DNA of 64,000 bases from an uncultured Candidatus Woesearchaeota archaeon (GCA_903864915.1 CAIPHS010000011.1:14634-78633), one strand, 5' to 3'; counted from the first letter of the stretch, positions 51,316 through 61,177 are shown. Made by a program: numbers and translations. Notes: generated from the letters alone by a model not told the origin.

Positions 51316-52008
51316 ATGCAAATTCTACCACAACAGGCAATGGGTTACGACAGGGCAATAACTGTGTTCTCGCCAGACGGACGACTATTACAGGTTGAAT
51401 ATGCTAAAAAAGCAGTAAGTCATGGTGCCATGACTTTAGGAATAGTCTACAAGGATGGAATACTTCTGGTTTCTGACAGGAGAATTACTGAAAAGCTGAT
51501 GGTTGCAGAATCTGTCCACAAGATTTCAAAGATTGATGATCATGTAGCTGGGACATTCGCAGGCTACACATCTGATGCACGAGTTCTGATAAAGAAGTGC
51601 AGGGTTTTTGCACAGCAGCACAAGCTGACTTATGGCGAGCCTGTTGACATCGAAGGCGTTGTCAAGTATGTATCTGACCTGGAACAAGCCTACACGCAGT
51701 ACGGCGGAATAAGGCCATTCGGAATCGCATTCTTATTTGCGGGTATTGACAAGAGGGGCTCACAATTATACGAAACAGACCCTTCAGGAATATACACTCA
51801 ATATCTGGCAAGAGCTATCGGAATGGGTGCTCCGGAAGCCAACAAAGTTATTGAAAGGAAATACAAGGATGGCTTGAAGCTGGAAGATGCCCAGAAATTA
51901 GCCCTGGAAGTTTTCAAGGAAATACTCGACAAGGAATTCAGCCTGGAAAAGCTGGAAGCCGCAACAATTACAGCAAAAGGCACAGATATGTTGCAAATGC
52001 GTGAGTAA
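51316..52008 (+). CDS. psmA: proteasome subunit alpha
   Basis: YDRAITVFSPDGRLLQVEYA signature. Confidence 0.95.
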   Translation: MQILPQQAMGYDRAITVFSPDGRLLQVEYAKKAVSHGAMTLGIVYKDGILLVSDRRITEKLMVAESVHKISKIDDHVAGTFAGYTSDARVLIKKCRVFAQQHKLTYGEPVDIEGVVKYVSDLEQAYTQYGGIRPFGIAFLFAGIDKRGSQLYETDPSGIYTQYLARAIGMGAPEANKVIERKYKDGLKLEDAQKLALEVFKEILDKEFSLEKLEAATITAKGTDMLQMRE

Positions 52009-52009
52009 A

Positions 52010-52744
52010 ATGCCACAAGGCAGACCGTCAAATGTATTCGTGAAGGAAAAAGTTGCATTCAATATAGCCCGCATGAAGAAAGGCGGCGAAGATTTTGAAA
52101 TTGTTTTGAAAGACCCTGACAAGGCTTTGGAGTTCAGGCAGGGGAAGGAAATCGACCCTAGGGACTTCTTGGAAAATTTAGAAGTTTGGGTTGATGCTAA
52201 GAAAGGTGAAAGGCAATCTGCTGGAAAGATAAAGCTATGGCTTGGCGTTGATAACCCGATTGACGCGGCAAAAATAATTCTAAGGAAAGGCGAGCTCGCC
52301 TTGACAGAAGAACAGAGAAAGAAAATGTTTGAAGTCAAGAAAACCAAGATCATACAATACATTCACCAAAACTCTTCAGACCCAAGGACTGGAGCGCCGC
52401 ACCCTGTACAAAGAATTGAACTTGCAATGGAGCAGGTCAAAGTACATATTGATGCTTACCAGCCGGCTGAGGCCCAGATTGAGCCTATCATAAAGCAATT
52501 GCGCGTAGCTTTGCCATTAAGCTTTGAAAAATCCAAATTCACAGTCCAGCTGCCTGTGCAGTATGCTGGTGCAGCTTATTCAACTTTAAAGAAAAAATAT
52601 GCCTTGCAAAATGAGGAATGGCAGAACGATGGCTCTGTAAAATTCAAGATGGAATGCCCTGCTGGCCTGAAGACCGAAATATGGGCAGTAATAAACAAGC
52701 TTACAGCGGGCGAGGCAACAATCGAAGAAGAGAAGAAACAATAA
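52010..52744 (+). CDS. sdo1: ribosome maturation protein SDO1/SBDS
   Basis: ARMKKGGEDFEIVL, RKGELALTEEQRKK and PHPVQRIELAM are typical of archaeal SBDS. Confidence 0.9.
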   Translation: MPQGRPSNVFVKEKVAFNIARMKKGGEDFEIVLKDPDKALEFRQGKEIDPRDFLENLEVWVDAKKGERQSAGKIKLWLGVDNPIDAAKIILRKGELALTEEQRKKMFEVKKTKIIQYIHQNSSDPRTGAPHPVQRIELAMEQVKVHIDAYQPAEAQIEPIIKQLRVALPLSFEKSKFTVQLPVQYAGAAYSTLKKKYALQNEEWQNDGSVKFKMECPAGLKTEIWAVINKLTAGEATIEEEKKQ

Positions 52745-52751
52745 TTCCTGC

Positions 52752-52952
52752 TTATTTTTTCAGCCTTTTCAATAAAATCAAATTTAAGGTAAAACCAATA
52801 ACAGCTACCCCCATTATGAGATAGTTATACATCAAAATTTTGCCTTGGGCAGCATTAGTATAATTCATAACCATATTAATTGAACTGTAAACAAGAGCAC
52901 CTATCCAAAAACCAATTCCATACTTATATGATTCTTTCATATTTTCACACAT
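52752..52952 (-). CDS. small two-helix membrane protein
   Basis: 66-aa hydrophobic ORF in a gap of the superoperon. Confidence 0.35.
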   Translation of the reverse strand: MCENMKESYKYGIGFWIGALVYSSINMVMNYTNAAQGKILMYNYLIMGVAVIGFTLNLILLKRLKK

Positions 52953-53094
52953 TTCATCTCTTCCTTTTAAGAGCTTCTTTCAAAGGAGGGCTAAGCAAAC
53001 ATTTATAAATCAATATTTTTTTAGCTTTTTTGAAAAGGATAGACAAATTCCGGAAACGGTAAGACAAAAGATATGTTTCCATGTCTGACTTGTG

Positions 53095-53778
53095 ATGGAA
53101 AAACTGTACGTGAGCGACAGAGAAATTGTAGTTCCTGGTGATATTCTTGCTGAAGGTATCGAATATCTGCCTTCCGGAAAAGCTTACAGGGAAGGCGAGA
53201 AGATTTTCGCTTCAGTTATGGGCATGGCTTCAGTAAAAGGCCGTGTTGTAAAAGTCATACCTTTGGCCGGCAGATACATGCCAAAAAAGATGGATGCTCT
53301 TGTCGGAAAAGTAATTGCAGTTTTGCCTGGCGGATGGTCAATTGAAATAAACTCACCATATGCCGCAGACTTGCCATTAGCAGAAGGCACTTCAGAATAC
53401 ATACCAAGGGGCGCAGACCTTACAAGATTTTTCGATTTGGGAGATTATATTTTCGCCGAAGTCACTTTAATCACAGAAACAAAATTTGTAAAATTATCCG
53501 CATCAAGGCGGCCTTACAGGCGCCTGAGAGGCGGCATATTGATTGAGATATCACCTGTAAAAGTGCCAAGGTTAATCGGCAAGCAGGGCTCAATGGTTGG
53601 CATGATAAAAGATGCAACCGGCTGCGAGATTGTCGTGGGACAAAACGGCTGGGTTTGGGCAAAGGGCACACCTGAAAAGGAAGCTCTTGTTGAAAAAATC
53701 ATAAAGACAATAGAAGTTGAATCTCACAAGAAAGGTCTTACTGATAAAATAAAGAAAATGCTGGAGGAAAACAAGTAA
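53095..53778 (+). CDS. rrp4: exosome complex RNA-binding protein Rrp4
   Basis: S1-like then KH domain (RLIGKQGSMVGMIKDATGCEIVVGQNGWVW). Sits in the superoperon. Confidence 0.9.
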   Translation: MEKLYVSDREIVVPGDILAEGIEYLPSGKAYREGEKIFASVMGMASVKGRVVKVIPLAGRYMPKKMDALVGKVIAVLPGGWSIEINSPYAADLPLAEGTSEYIPRGADLTRFFDLGDYIFAEVTLITETKFVKLSASRRPYRRLRGGILIEISPVKVPRLIGKQGSMVGMIKDATGCEIVVGQNGWVWAKGTPEKEALVEKIIKTIEVESHKKGLTDKIKKMLEENK

Positions 53779-53779
53779 A

Positions 53780-54553
53780 ATGGGCGGAAAAAAAGCAGGC
53801 TCTCCTGATAAGTTAATTGTCAACGGAAAGAGATTGGACGGCAGGAAACTAGACGAACTAAGGCCAATAACAATCAAGGCAGGCGTAATACCGAATGCTG
53901 ACGGCTCCTGCGCATTAACCATGGGTGAAACCAGGGTTGTTGCAGCAGTCTACGGGCCAAGGGAATGTTTCCCGAAGCACTTCCAGCTGCAGGACCGCGC
54001 TTACATGGAATGCATTTACACAATGGTTGCATTTTCAACCACAGACAGGGCAAGGCCAGGTCCGTCAAGAAGAAGCACGGAGATTTCAAAGGTCATAAAG
54101 GACGCTCTGTTGCCGGCAGTCTTTATGGAAAAATACCCAAGGACAAAGATTGATGTTTACATAGAAGTCACGAACGCAAATGCAGGAACAAGGACAGCCG
54201 CAATAAACGCTGCAGCTGTTGCACTTGCTGATGCTGGCATTGAAATGCGGGACATTGTCACTGCAATTGCCAGTGGAAAAATCGAAGGCCAGGTTGCCTT
54301 GGATTTGTTTGAGCCTGAAGACAACTTCGGCGAGGCGGACATGCCACTCGCAATGATGCCTAAGACAAAAGAAATCACGCTTTTGCAATTAGATGGCGAA
54401 ATAACCCGAGAAGAAGCTGAACAGATGATTGAAATGTCAATGAAAGCCTGCGAAGAAATCTATGAGCTGCAGAAGAAGGCTTTGAAGGACAAATACGCTT
54501 CAGAAAAGTCTGCTGAAGTGGAAGGGGAAGGAGATGAAAATGGATCAGTATAA
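53780..54553 (+). CDS. rrp41: exosome complex exonuclease Rrp41 (RNase PH-like)
   Basis: DGRKLDELRPITIKAGVIPNADGSCALTMGETRVVAAVYGP. Confidence 0.9.
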   Translation: MGGKKAGSPDKLIVNGKRLDGRKLDELRPITIKAGVIPNADGSCALTMGETRVVAAVYGPRECFPKHFQLQDRAYMECIYTMVAFSTTDRARPGPSRRSTEISKVIKDALLPAVFMEKYPRTKIDVYIEVTNANAGTRTAAINAAAVALADAGIEMRDIVTAIASGKIEGQVALDLFEPEDNFGEADMPLAMMPKTKEITLLQLDGEITREEAEQMIEMSMKACEEIYELQKKALKDKYASEKSAEVEGEGDENGSV

Positions 54554-55316
54554 AACTCTCGTAACTTCATTGTTGGAAAAGGGCTTGCGACACGACAGCA
54601 GAAAGCTGATGGATTACAGGCCTATTGAAGTTGAAGTAAACCCAATACCAAGAGCAAACGGCTCTGCACGAGTAAAGATAGGCAACACTGAAGTCATTGT
54701 CGGAGTCAAATTTGATGTTGGCACACCATTCCCAGACACGCAAGACGAAGGTGTCCTTATGGTTAATGCTGAGTTAAGTCCTTTGGCTAACCCCGACTTT
54801 GAACCAGGACCACCAGGCCCTGCAGCAGTTGAACTGGCAAGGGTTGTTGACCGCGGTATCAGGGAATCACACTGTATAGATTTCACAAAGTTATGCATCA
54901 AGGAAAAGGAAAAAGTCTGGATGACGTTTGTTGACATTTATCCAATGAATGATGATGGCAACCTGCTTGATGCTGCTGCATTGGCTGCAGTTATTGCTCT
55001 AAAGAACGCTGTTCTTCCAAAATATGACGAAAAGGAAGAAAAAGTCATGTTCAAGGAAATGTCAAAGAAGAAGCTGGACATGAGCAAATTGCCAGTCTTG
55101 GTGACATTCGCCAAGAATGCCAGCTACATATTCATAGACCCAGACAGGAAAGAGGAAAATGTGTTGGACACTCGATTATCAGTATCTTCTCTGGCAGACG
55201 GAAAACTTGTTGCCATGCAGAAAGGCGGACAAGGCACCTTCACGAAAGAAGAACTCCTGAACATATTTGACCTTGCTGTCGAGAAGGCAAAAGAGCACCG
55301 CAAGCTAATCAAGTAA
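54534..55316 (+). CDS. rrp42: exosome complex component Rrp42
   Basis: Second RNase PH-like protein: [40 protein letters not shown]. Confidence 0.9.
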   Translation: MKMDQYKTLVTSLLEKGLRHDSRKLMDYRPIEVEVNPIPRANGSARVKIGNTEVIVGVKFDVGTPFPDTQDEGVLMVNAELSPLANPDFEPGPPGPAAVELARVVDRGIRESHCIDFTKLCIKEKEKVWMTFVDIYPMNDDGNLLDAAALAAVIALKNAVLPKYDEKEEKVMFKEMSKKKLDMSKLPVLVTFAKNASYIFIDPDRKEENVLDTRLSVSSLADGKLVAMQKGGQGTFTKEELLNIFDLAVEKAKEHRKLIK

Positions 55317-55317
55317 A

Positions 55318-55536
55318 ATGGTTGAAAAAACTGAATTTGGGACATACACTAAATACGAGGTAGCGCGCATAATCGGCGCAAGAGCCCTGCAATTAGCAAT
55401 GGGCGCACCACTTTTGATAAAGAGACAGAAAGACATGTTCGACACCACAGAGATTGCAAGTTCTGAATTCAACTCGGGCGTTTTGCCAATATCAATCAGA
55501 AGGCCAATGCCTCCGAAAGTCGAAGAGATTGCATAG
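55318..55536 (+). CDS. rpoK: DNA-directed RNA polymerase subunit K (Rpo6)
   Basis: [21 protein letters not shown] signature. Confidence 0.9.
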   Translation: MVEKTEFGTYTKYEVARIIGARALQLAMGAPLLIKRQKDMFDTTEIASSEFNSGVLPISIRRPMPPKVEEIA

Positions 55537-55575
55537 AACTATTTTTAAGCCAGGATTTTATAACTAAAACTGGCC

Positions 55576-56697
55576 ATGAGGATTAACACAATATCTGCAA
55601 AAGCTATTCTTGACAGCAGAAAGAAGCCAACGATACAGATTTTTGTCAATGGCTGCTCTGGCGCTGCGCCATCAGGAACTTCGAAAAGCAAGTATGAAGC
55701 TCTTGATTATCCTGTTTCGGCAGGGGAATCTGTGAGGTTCGTTAATGCAAAGCTAAAACACATACTAAAAGGTTTCAGGTTTGAGGATTTCTCGGACCTT
55801 GAAAAGCTGGAGAATAAACTTCCAAACATCTTTGGTGCAAATCCAACCATTGCGCTGGAATTTGCAATCCTGAATGCGTGGGCAAAAGATGAGAAGAAGC
55901 CTTTGTGGAAATTATTGAACCCAAAAGCAAAAGTCATGCCAAGACTGCTGGCAAATGTTGTTGGCGGCGGCGCGCATGCTGAAAAGTCCATAGAAATACA
56001 AGAAATCCTCGTATCACCACAAACTGATTCTTTCGCATCTGATGTAAAAGAGGCACAACATATTCACAAAACACTTGGGAAAAAACTAAGGGCTGGAAGA
56101 CAAACTTTGGAACATGCATGGGTGACCAGCTGGCCAGTCCATAAGGTGCTGAAACTGGTTTCGGATGTGGCAGGCCAATCACAAATCGGCTGTGATTTTG
56201 CGGCATCAAACATGTTTGCGCATAACGAATATCACTGGCGCGATTTCGGCGCATTGAAAGCAGACAAACAATTAGAACTGATTGCACAACTCGCCTATGA
56301 ATTCAATTTATTCTACCTGGAAGACCCGTTCCAGCAAAATGCGGTCATGGATTTCACAAAACTTCTGAAAAAGCAGAAATATTCCATGGTTTGCGGTGAT
56401 GATTTGGTTGCAACTAATCTAAAAAGGATGGAAAATGCTGCAAATGAGAACGCGATAAACGCAGTCATAATCAAGCCAAACCAGGCTGGTTCCCTGATAA
56501 AGACAAAAGATGTCTTTGATTATGCTGTGAAAAAAGGAATAACTCCAATAATTTCTCACAGGTCTGGCGAAACAACAGATGCGACAATTGCACATCTGGC
56601 ATTTGCCTGGCAGGCTCCTTTTGTCAAGTTCGGCATTGCAGGGAAGGAAAGGCTTGCAAAGCTAAATGAGCTGATAAAAATCGAAAAGAAATCATAA
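55576..56697 (+). CDS. eno: enolase-family protein (short, divergent)
   Basis: AILDSR, GGGAHA...IQEILVSP, CDFAAS, LEDPF, CGDDLVATN, IKPNQAGS, ISHRSGETTDATIAHLA and VKFG are present. The canonical GDEGG loop is not recognisable. 373 aa. Confidence 0.8.
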   Translation: MRINTISAKAILDSRKKPTIQIFVNGCSGAAPSGTSKSKYEALDYPVSAGESVRFVNAKLKHILKGFRFEDFSDLEKLENKLPNIFGANPTIALEFAILNAWAKDEKKPLWKLLNPKAKVMPRLLANVVGGGAHAEKSIEIQEILVSPQTDSFASDVKEAQHIHKTLGKKLRAGRQTLEHAWVTSWPVHKVLKLVSDVAGQSQIGCDFAASNMFAHNEYHWRDFGALKADKQLELIAQLAYEFNLFYLEDPFQQNAVMDFTKLLKKQKYSMVCGDDLVATNLKRMENAANENAINAVIIKPNQAGSLIKTKDVFDYAVKKGITPIISHRSGETTDATIAHLAFAWQAPFVKFGIAGKERLAKLNELIKIEKKS

Positions 56698-56701
56698 TAT
56701 T

Positions 56702-57055
56702 TTATTTTTTATAGTCTAATATTTTGTAAGAATGAATTACGCAACAAGGTATATACAGATTTCCCAACACATCAAAGGTCAATCCATGTTCGTGTATGCC
56801 CGCTACAGAACCCACAACTTTCTGTCCTGGTTTTTGTGTCACTTCTCCCCGAAAAGGGATATCAAATTCTCGTCTACCGCCATATTCGCCCCAATTGCCC
56901 CTTGTTTCACCACTATCATATTTTGCTCCTTCAAATAAAATAACCTCCAATAGCATTCCTTCCATAATATGATCTGTTTTCATTTGTTCTTCAATACTTG
57001 GGGTTTTGCTATCCACACCCTTTTGGGTGGATTTGCGACTTTGTGATATTACCAT
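56702..57055 (-). CDS. hypothetical protein
   Basis: 117-aa ORF between eno and rps2. Confidence 0.4.
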   Translation of the reverse strand: MVISQSRKSTQKGVDSKTPSIEEQMKTDHIMEGMLLEVILFEGAKYDSGETRGNWGEYGGRREFDIPFRGEVTQKPGQKVVGSVAGIHEHGLTFDVLGNLYIPCCVIHSYKILDYKK

Positions 57056-57169
57056 ACCTCCTAGTACTTAGATAGTTATTTAAAATTACATAGTTCCAAT
57101 ACGAGCTGATAAAAAAAATCGAAAGGGCTGCAGCATAACCCTTTTATGACTTTCCTTTTTGTTTACTGC

Positions 57170-57607
57170 ATGATACATGTTAAAGCGTTTCAAGTGGCGG
57201 CAAAATGGTGGGCAGACCATCTCAGAGACATAAACTACAAACATCAGACAGGCGATGACAAGATGGATATGTTTGCAACAACGCAACTCGCCACAAAACC
57301 AAAAATCAAGAACGAAAAGATTGATATTTTTGAAAAAGAGCTAGAAAAATTACTTGTAAAAGAATACAAACAAATGGTGGAAGATTGTAAATGGGGTGGA
57401 GTTAGCCATCAAAATAGGTACTATAATATTGACATCGATTATGAGCCTTGCGGAGTGTTTTTAGAAGCCGCTAAAAAAGCAGACATAAGTGAGAATGATT
57501 TGGCATTCCGTCTGCCATCAAAATCTGGCATGGGGATTAAGCCAACTTGCGTAATAGCACGTGCTGGCTACCAGCAAGATTATCAAGTGCTCTACAAATC
57601 GACATGA
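57170..57607 (+). CDS. hypothetical protein
   Basis: ATG at 57170 is preferred; the ORF track starts at 57146. No recognised motif. Confidence 0.4.
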   Translation: MIHVKAFQVAAKWWADHLRDINYKHQTGDDKMDMFATTQLATKPKIKNEKIDIFEKELEKLLVKEYKQMVEDCKWGGVSHQNRYYNIDIDYEPCGVFLEAAKKADISENDLAFRLPSKSGMGIKPTCVIARAGYQQDYQVLYKST

Positions 57608-57620
57608 GTCAATGCACAAC

Positions 57621-57630
57621 GTTTAAATAA
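57621..57630 (+). promoter_or_regulatory. TATA-box-like element upstream of rps2
   Basis: gtttaaataa lies about 21-30 nt upstream of the ATG at 57651. Confidence 0.3.
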
Positions 57631-57650
57631 CCCTTCCGAAAGGCGAAACT

Positions 57651-58259
57651 ATGTCTGACGATAAAGAAATGGTTATTGAGGAACAGCTTCTTGTACCAAT
57701 GGAACAATATCTTTCATCCGGCGTTTACATAGGCACAAAAATAAGGACGAAGCAGATGATGCCTTTCGTTTACAAGATAAACCCCCAAGGCCTTAGCACC
57801 CTGAACCTTTCTGAGATAGACAGAAGGCTAAGGATGGTTGCAAAGATACTCTCAAAATACAACCCTGAAGACATTTTAGTTGTCTGCAGAAGGGAAAATG
57901 GCTGGAAAGCTGTCAAGGCTTTCGGCAAATACACTGGTGCAAAAGTTTTTGCAGGCAGGTACCCTGCGGGCATCATAACGAATCCTGCTTTGGCAACCTT
58001 TTTCGAGCCAAAAATAATACTTATTGCAGACCCATACCCTGACAAGAATGCTGTCCGCGATTCACAGATATCGGGAATCCCATTAATTGCGCTGTGCGAC
58101 ACAAACAACACTCTTGAAACGGTTGATTACCTGGTGCCTTGCAACAACAAGGGCACGAAATCACTCGGCCTGATATTCTGGATACTTGCAACGCAATACC
58201 TGAAAGAAAAGAACCTGTTGCAGAAAGAGCTGTCCCAAGACGAGTTCATGGGCGAGTAA
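57651..58259 (+). CDS. rps2: ribosomal protein uS2
   Basis: YLSSGVYIGTK...LNLSEIDRRL...ILVVCRR...DPYPDKNAVRDSQISGIPLIALCDTNN. Confidence 0.9.
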   Translation: MSDDKEMVIEEQLLVPMEQYLSSGVYIGTKIRTKQMMPFVYKINPQGLSTLNLSEIDRRLRMVAKILSKYNPEDILVVCRRENGWKAVKAFGKYTGAKVFAGRYPAGIITNPALATFFEPKIILIADPYPDKNAVRDSQISGIPLIALCDTNNTLETVDYLVPCNNKGTKSLGLIFWILATQYLKEKNLLQKELSQDEFMGE

Positions 58260-58262
58260 GGG

Positions 58263-58934
58263 TTACTCTTCAGAAACATCCAATTCTTCCAGCAAGTCTT
58301 CAATCATCCTTTTTGCAGACGCATCTTTCTTCTTAGCCAGAATTTTTGCAGTCCCAGTATTGAGATTTTCGTAAAGGCCAAGGTGCCAAATCATATTATA
58401 GATTATGCATTTATTCCTGCTTTCTTCAAGATTTTTTGTTTTGGACAACTGGGGATCATAGAACATCAACTTATTATCGTAGCTATAAAATGAAACCCGC
58501 AACTGGCCTAATACGCCCATGGCCTCTAAGTTATCTGCATCTTGCAAGGCTAGTATTTCCTTAATATCGGTCGGCGTCTTTTTGCCCCATGGCTTCGTAT
58601 CATCGTGAAGGTGAATGCACGCAACGACACGATCTATTTCATCTTTGGGCACATCCATGCTGCGCAATACACCCCTTGCATACTGCTCACTGTATTCTAC
58701 ATGCTTCTTCCGCGATTTATCGCCCTCCTTCAGGCATCGCTGGTGACCAACGTCATGCAGCATTGCTGCTGCAAACAATACATTATCATTCACATAATCG
58801 AGCCAACTCTCACCTTTCACAATTTTTCTGGCATAACTATAAACCCTGTCTGAATGGTAGATATCATGCCCAGTATTATCTTCTCTCAAAACTTCCGCAA
58901 CCCGCTCCCTGAGCTTAATCTTGTAATTATCCAT
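58263..58934 (-). CDS. HD-domain phosphohydrolase
   Basis: H...HD motif (MLHDVGH) and a downstream HLHDD. Confidence 0.75.
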   Translation of the reverse strand: MDNYKIKLRERVAEVLREDNTGHDIYHSDRVYSYARKIVKGESWLDYVNDNVLFAAAMLHDVGHQRCLKEGDKSRKKHVEYSEQYARGVLRSMDVPKDEIDRVVACIHLHDDTKPWGKKTPTDIKEILALQDADNLEAMGVLGQLRVSFYSYDNKLMFYDPQLSKTKNLEESRNKCIIYNMIWHLGLYENLNTGTAKILAKKKDASAKRMIEDLLEELDVSEE

Positions 58935-58936
58935 TT

Positions 58937-59644
58937 TTATCCGCGGATAATATCAGGATTAGTTACCCAGCCGCCTTCAAGCCTCATCGGCTCTATTTTA
59001 CCATAAACGCATTGTGGCAAAAGTTCTTCCAGTCTCTTAGTGCCTTTTTCTATTTGCTTTTCGTTAGTTGCGCGACCGAATTGCATCCACACTATCCCGC
59101 GAACAGTATAATCCAAAACTTTCGGATTCAGCGCTTTGGCAAATTCCTCATTATGGCTCCAGTAATCGCTTCTTAGCAAGCCATAAGTCAGGATAAATTC
59201 GCTATGGACTTTATCGTTGCAAATGTGGCCCTCTTTGGTCAGTACTTCTTCCTTAATAACATCAAAGTCTTTTATCTTCCTAGTCAAAATTCTTTCCCTA
59301 CCGTCAAATACCCCCGGCAAGTACAAGTGATTACTTGCGATATCAATGTCTGCTAGTAAGAGCGCATCGTCAATTACAGAAGCAAAATCGCCTTGGGCGA
59401 CATCGTATCTCTCTCTGCTGAGGGTATCAAGAACAAAGGCTAAAGCTGTATCTTTATTCTCTCTGCTAAGATTTCTATAAACAGAGCCTATTGCATTGTA
59501 AATAGAAATTACTCCATACCTTTTATCAGGCAACTGTTCATGCACCGTACCAATTTCTGACAATGCTTTCGCAGGATCTTTCTTGATGGCAGCTATAAAA
59601 TCATAAATAATTTTGCTTTCTTTATCTTCGATTTTTGTGCCCAT
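58937..59644 (-). CDS. hypothetical protein
   Basis: 235-aa ORF, 2 nt upstream of the HD gene. Confidence 0.45.
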   Translation of the reverse strand: MGTKIEDKESKIIYDFIAAIKKDPAKALSEIGTVHEQLPDKRYGVISIYNAIGSVYRNLSRENKDTALAFVLDTLSRERYDVAQGDFASVIDDALLLADIDIASNHLYLPGVFDGRERILTRKIKDFDVIKEEVLTKEGHICNDKVHSEFILTYGLLRSDYWSHNEEFAKALNPKVLDYTVRGIVWMQFGRATNEKQIEKGTKRLEELLPQCVYGKIEPMRLEGGWVTNPDIIRG

Positions 59645-59695
59645 AGGAAAAATTGTGTTGCAAGTCTTTTAAAACTTCTCAGGAATGAAATTCTC

Positions 59696-60292
59696 ATGGG
59701 CAAAAACTCCAAAGTCATAAGAAGCACTTCAAGCGATCTTTTTTTTGATGCAATACACACATTACCTGTAGTGCCCGAAACCGGCAGTATAGCGTTACTA
59801 TTGGGACCTATTCCTAGAACCCTCGAAGCGCACATTGCCAGATGCATAAGTGAAGGTGCAATCCCTTATTCAGGTTTGGGCATAGAGTATGATAAAAATA
59901 AAATAGACATTGAAGAGGAATGTTTATTCTGTGGTAATGAAAATTCCCAACAGCAAAAATTAGCTTTCCTCGAAGGACTAATTAAAGGCGGGCGCCCTTA
60001 TAGCTTCGGAATTAATTTTGACAAACATAATTTTCAAACAGCACAAAATCTTACAGACAGCTTGATTTCAAATCACTATCAAATTTATGAAGCAGACTTT
60101 ACATTGAACTCACGTCATGAAGAAGAGAAAACTAAGACCGGTTCTCGTTCATCTTATTTTGTAGACCTTTCTTTAAGTTTGGTAAAGGAAAGGTACTACA
60201 CCTTACAACTGGATTCCAAAGTTGGATTTAAAATCAATGAGAATGTTCTAAATTGGTACAATGCCCTTGCAGATAAATACAAATCAAAATAG
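59696..60292 (+). CDS. hypothetical protein
   Basis: 198-aa ORF divergent from 59644. Confidence 0.45.
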   Translation: MGKNSKVIRSTSSDLFFDAIHTLPVVPETGSIALLLGPIPRTLEAHIARCISEGAIPYSGLGIEYDKNKIDIEEECLFCGNENSQQQKLAFLEGLIKGGRPYSFGINFDKHNFQTAQNLTDSLISNHYQIYEADFTLNSRHEEEKTKTGSRSSYFVDLSLSLVKERYYTLQLDSKVGFKINENVLNWYNALADKYKSK

Positions 60293-61177
60293 AAGGATTG
60301 CAAGCACATACCCTACTATGGAGAATGCTGCGATGAATGGCAGTGCTGGTATGAATCTGAACTTCTTGACCATCAGCAGATAATGATTGAAAACTAATCC
60401 GACAACTGAGCCAGCCATTATTGCAAGGGCAGCGGGCAATCCTGCTGTTGCATATGCTGAAACTGCAAACAAGGCAGGGAATGCCAGGTCTCCGGTTCCT
60501 AACATCAAGACTTTCCCGCCTGTTCCTTTCAGTTTTGCTTTCGAGACCTTATGCACATTTGCTGTAAATTGATACGGGCTTTCTGGAACTATGATTGCAA
60601 GAGGCGCTCCTCTCTTCAGCAATTGCTTGAACATCGAGACCATCGTCTTTGTCTTGAAGACTGCAATGAAATCATAGATAGACAATGCAATTAAGAGTAT
60701 AATAATTTCCGGCCAAGGCCTTAAACTCGTTCCTAATAAAGCTGCAACGCCTGCAACGCCCAGGAAAATCGCAATGTTATGCGTTATGAGGTTTGGTTTC
60801 CACCATCTCAACGCAATTATTCCGATTGCCAAAGCAATTGAAAGAATTAGAATTGAAAGATCATTTAACATGTTGCTGGATACTGACAGCAAAGCTGCAA
60901 ATACGGTTTGCGAGCCTATGAAAATCAGGAATGCGAAAAATAGCCCAAACGATATTGGGGTTTTCAAATACTTCAATAAAAGCACAATCACTACAAGCGC
61001 AACAAGGAAAGCGACAAGGAACTGCCCCAGTCTCCAGAAACCGCCTTCAATCGGCGGCAATTGTGCCTGGCCAGTCTTCAGCAAAAGCACGCCAGTGCCT
61101 AATGCTATGAATTGCACGCAAAGGAACATGAGGCTTTCATATGTCAAAAGCATGGGTTTGAAATCTCTAATAGCCAT
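60284..61177 (-). CDS. presenilin/signal-peptide-peptidase homolog (A22 intramembrane aspartyl protease)
   Basis: Polytopic membrane protein with the three family signatures in order: SIYDFIAVF (YD), MLGTGDLAFP (GxGD) and IPALPFI (PAL). Confidence 0.8.
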   Translation of the reverse strand: MAIRDFKPMLLTYESLMFLCVQFIALGTGVLLLKTGQAQLPPIEGGFWRLGQFLVAFLVALVVIVLLLKYLKTPISFGLFFAFLIFIGSQTVFAALLSVSSNMLNDLSILILSIALAIGIIALRWWKPNLITHNIAIFLGVAGVAALLGTSLRPWPEIIILLIALSIYDFIAVFKTKTMVSMFKQLLKRGAPLAIIVPESPYQFTANVHKVSKAKLKGTGGKVLMLGTGDLAFPALFAVSAYATAGLPAALAIMAGSVVGLVFNHYLLMVKKFRFIPALPFIAAFSIVGYVLAILLF

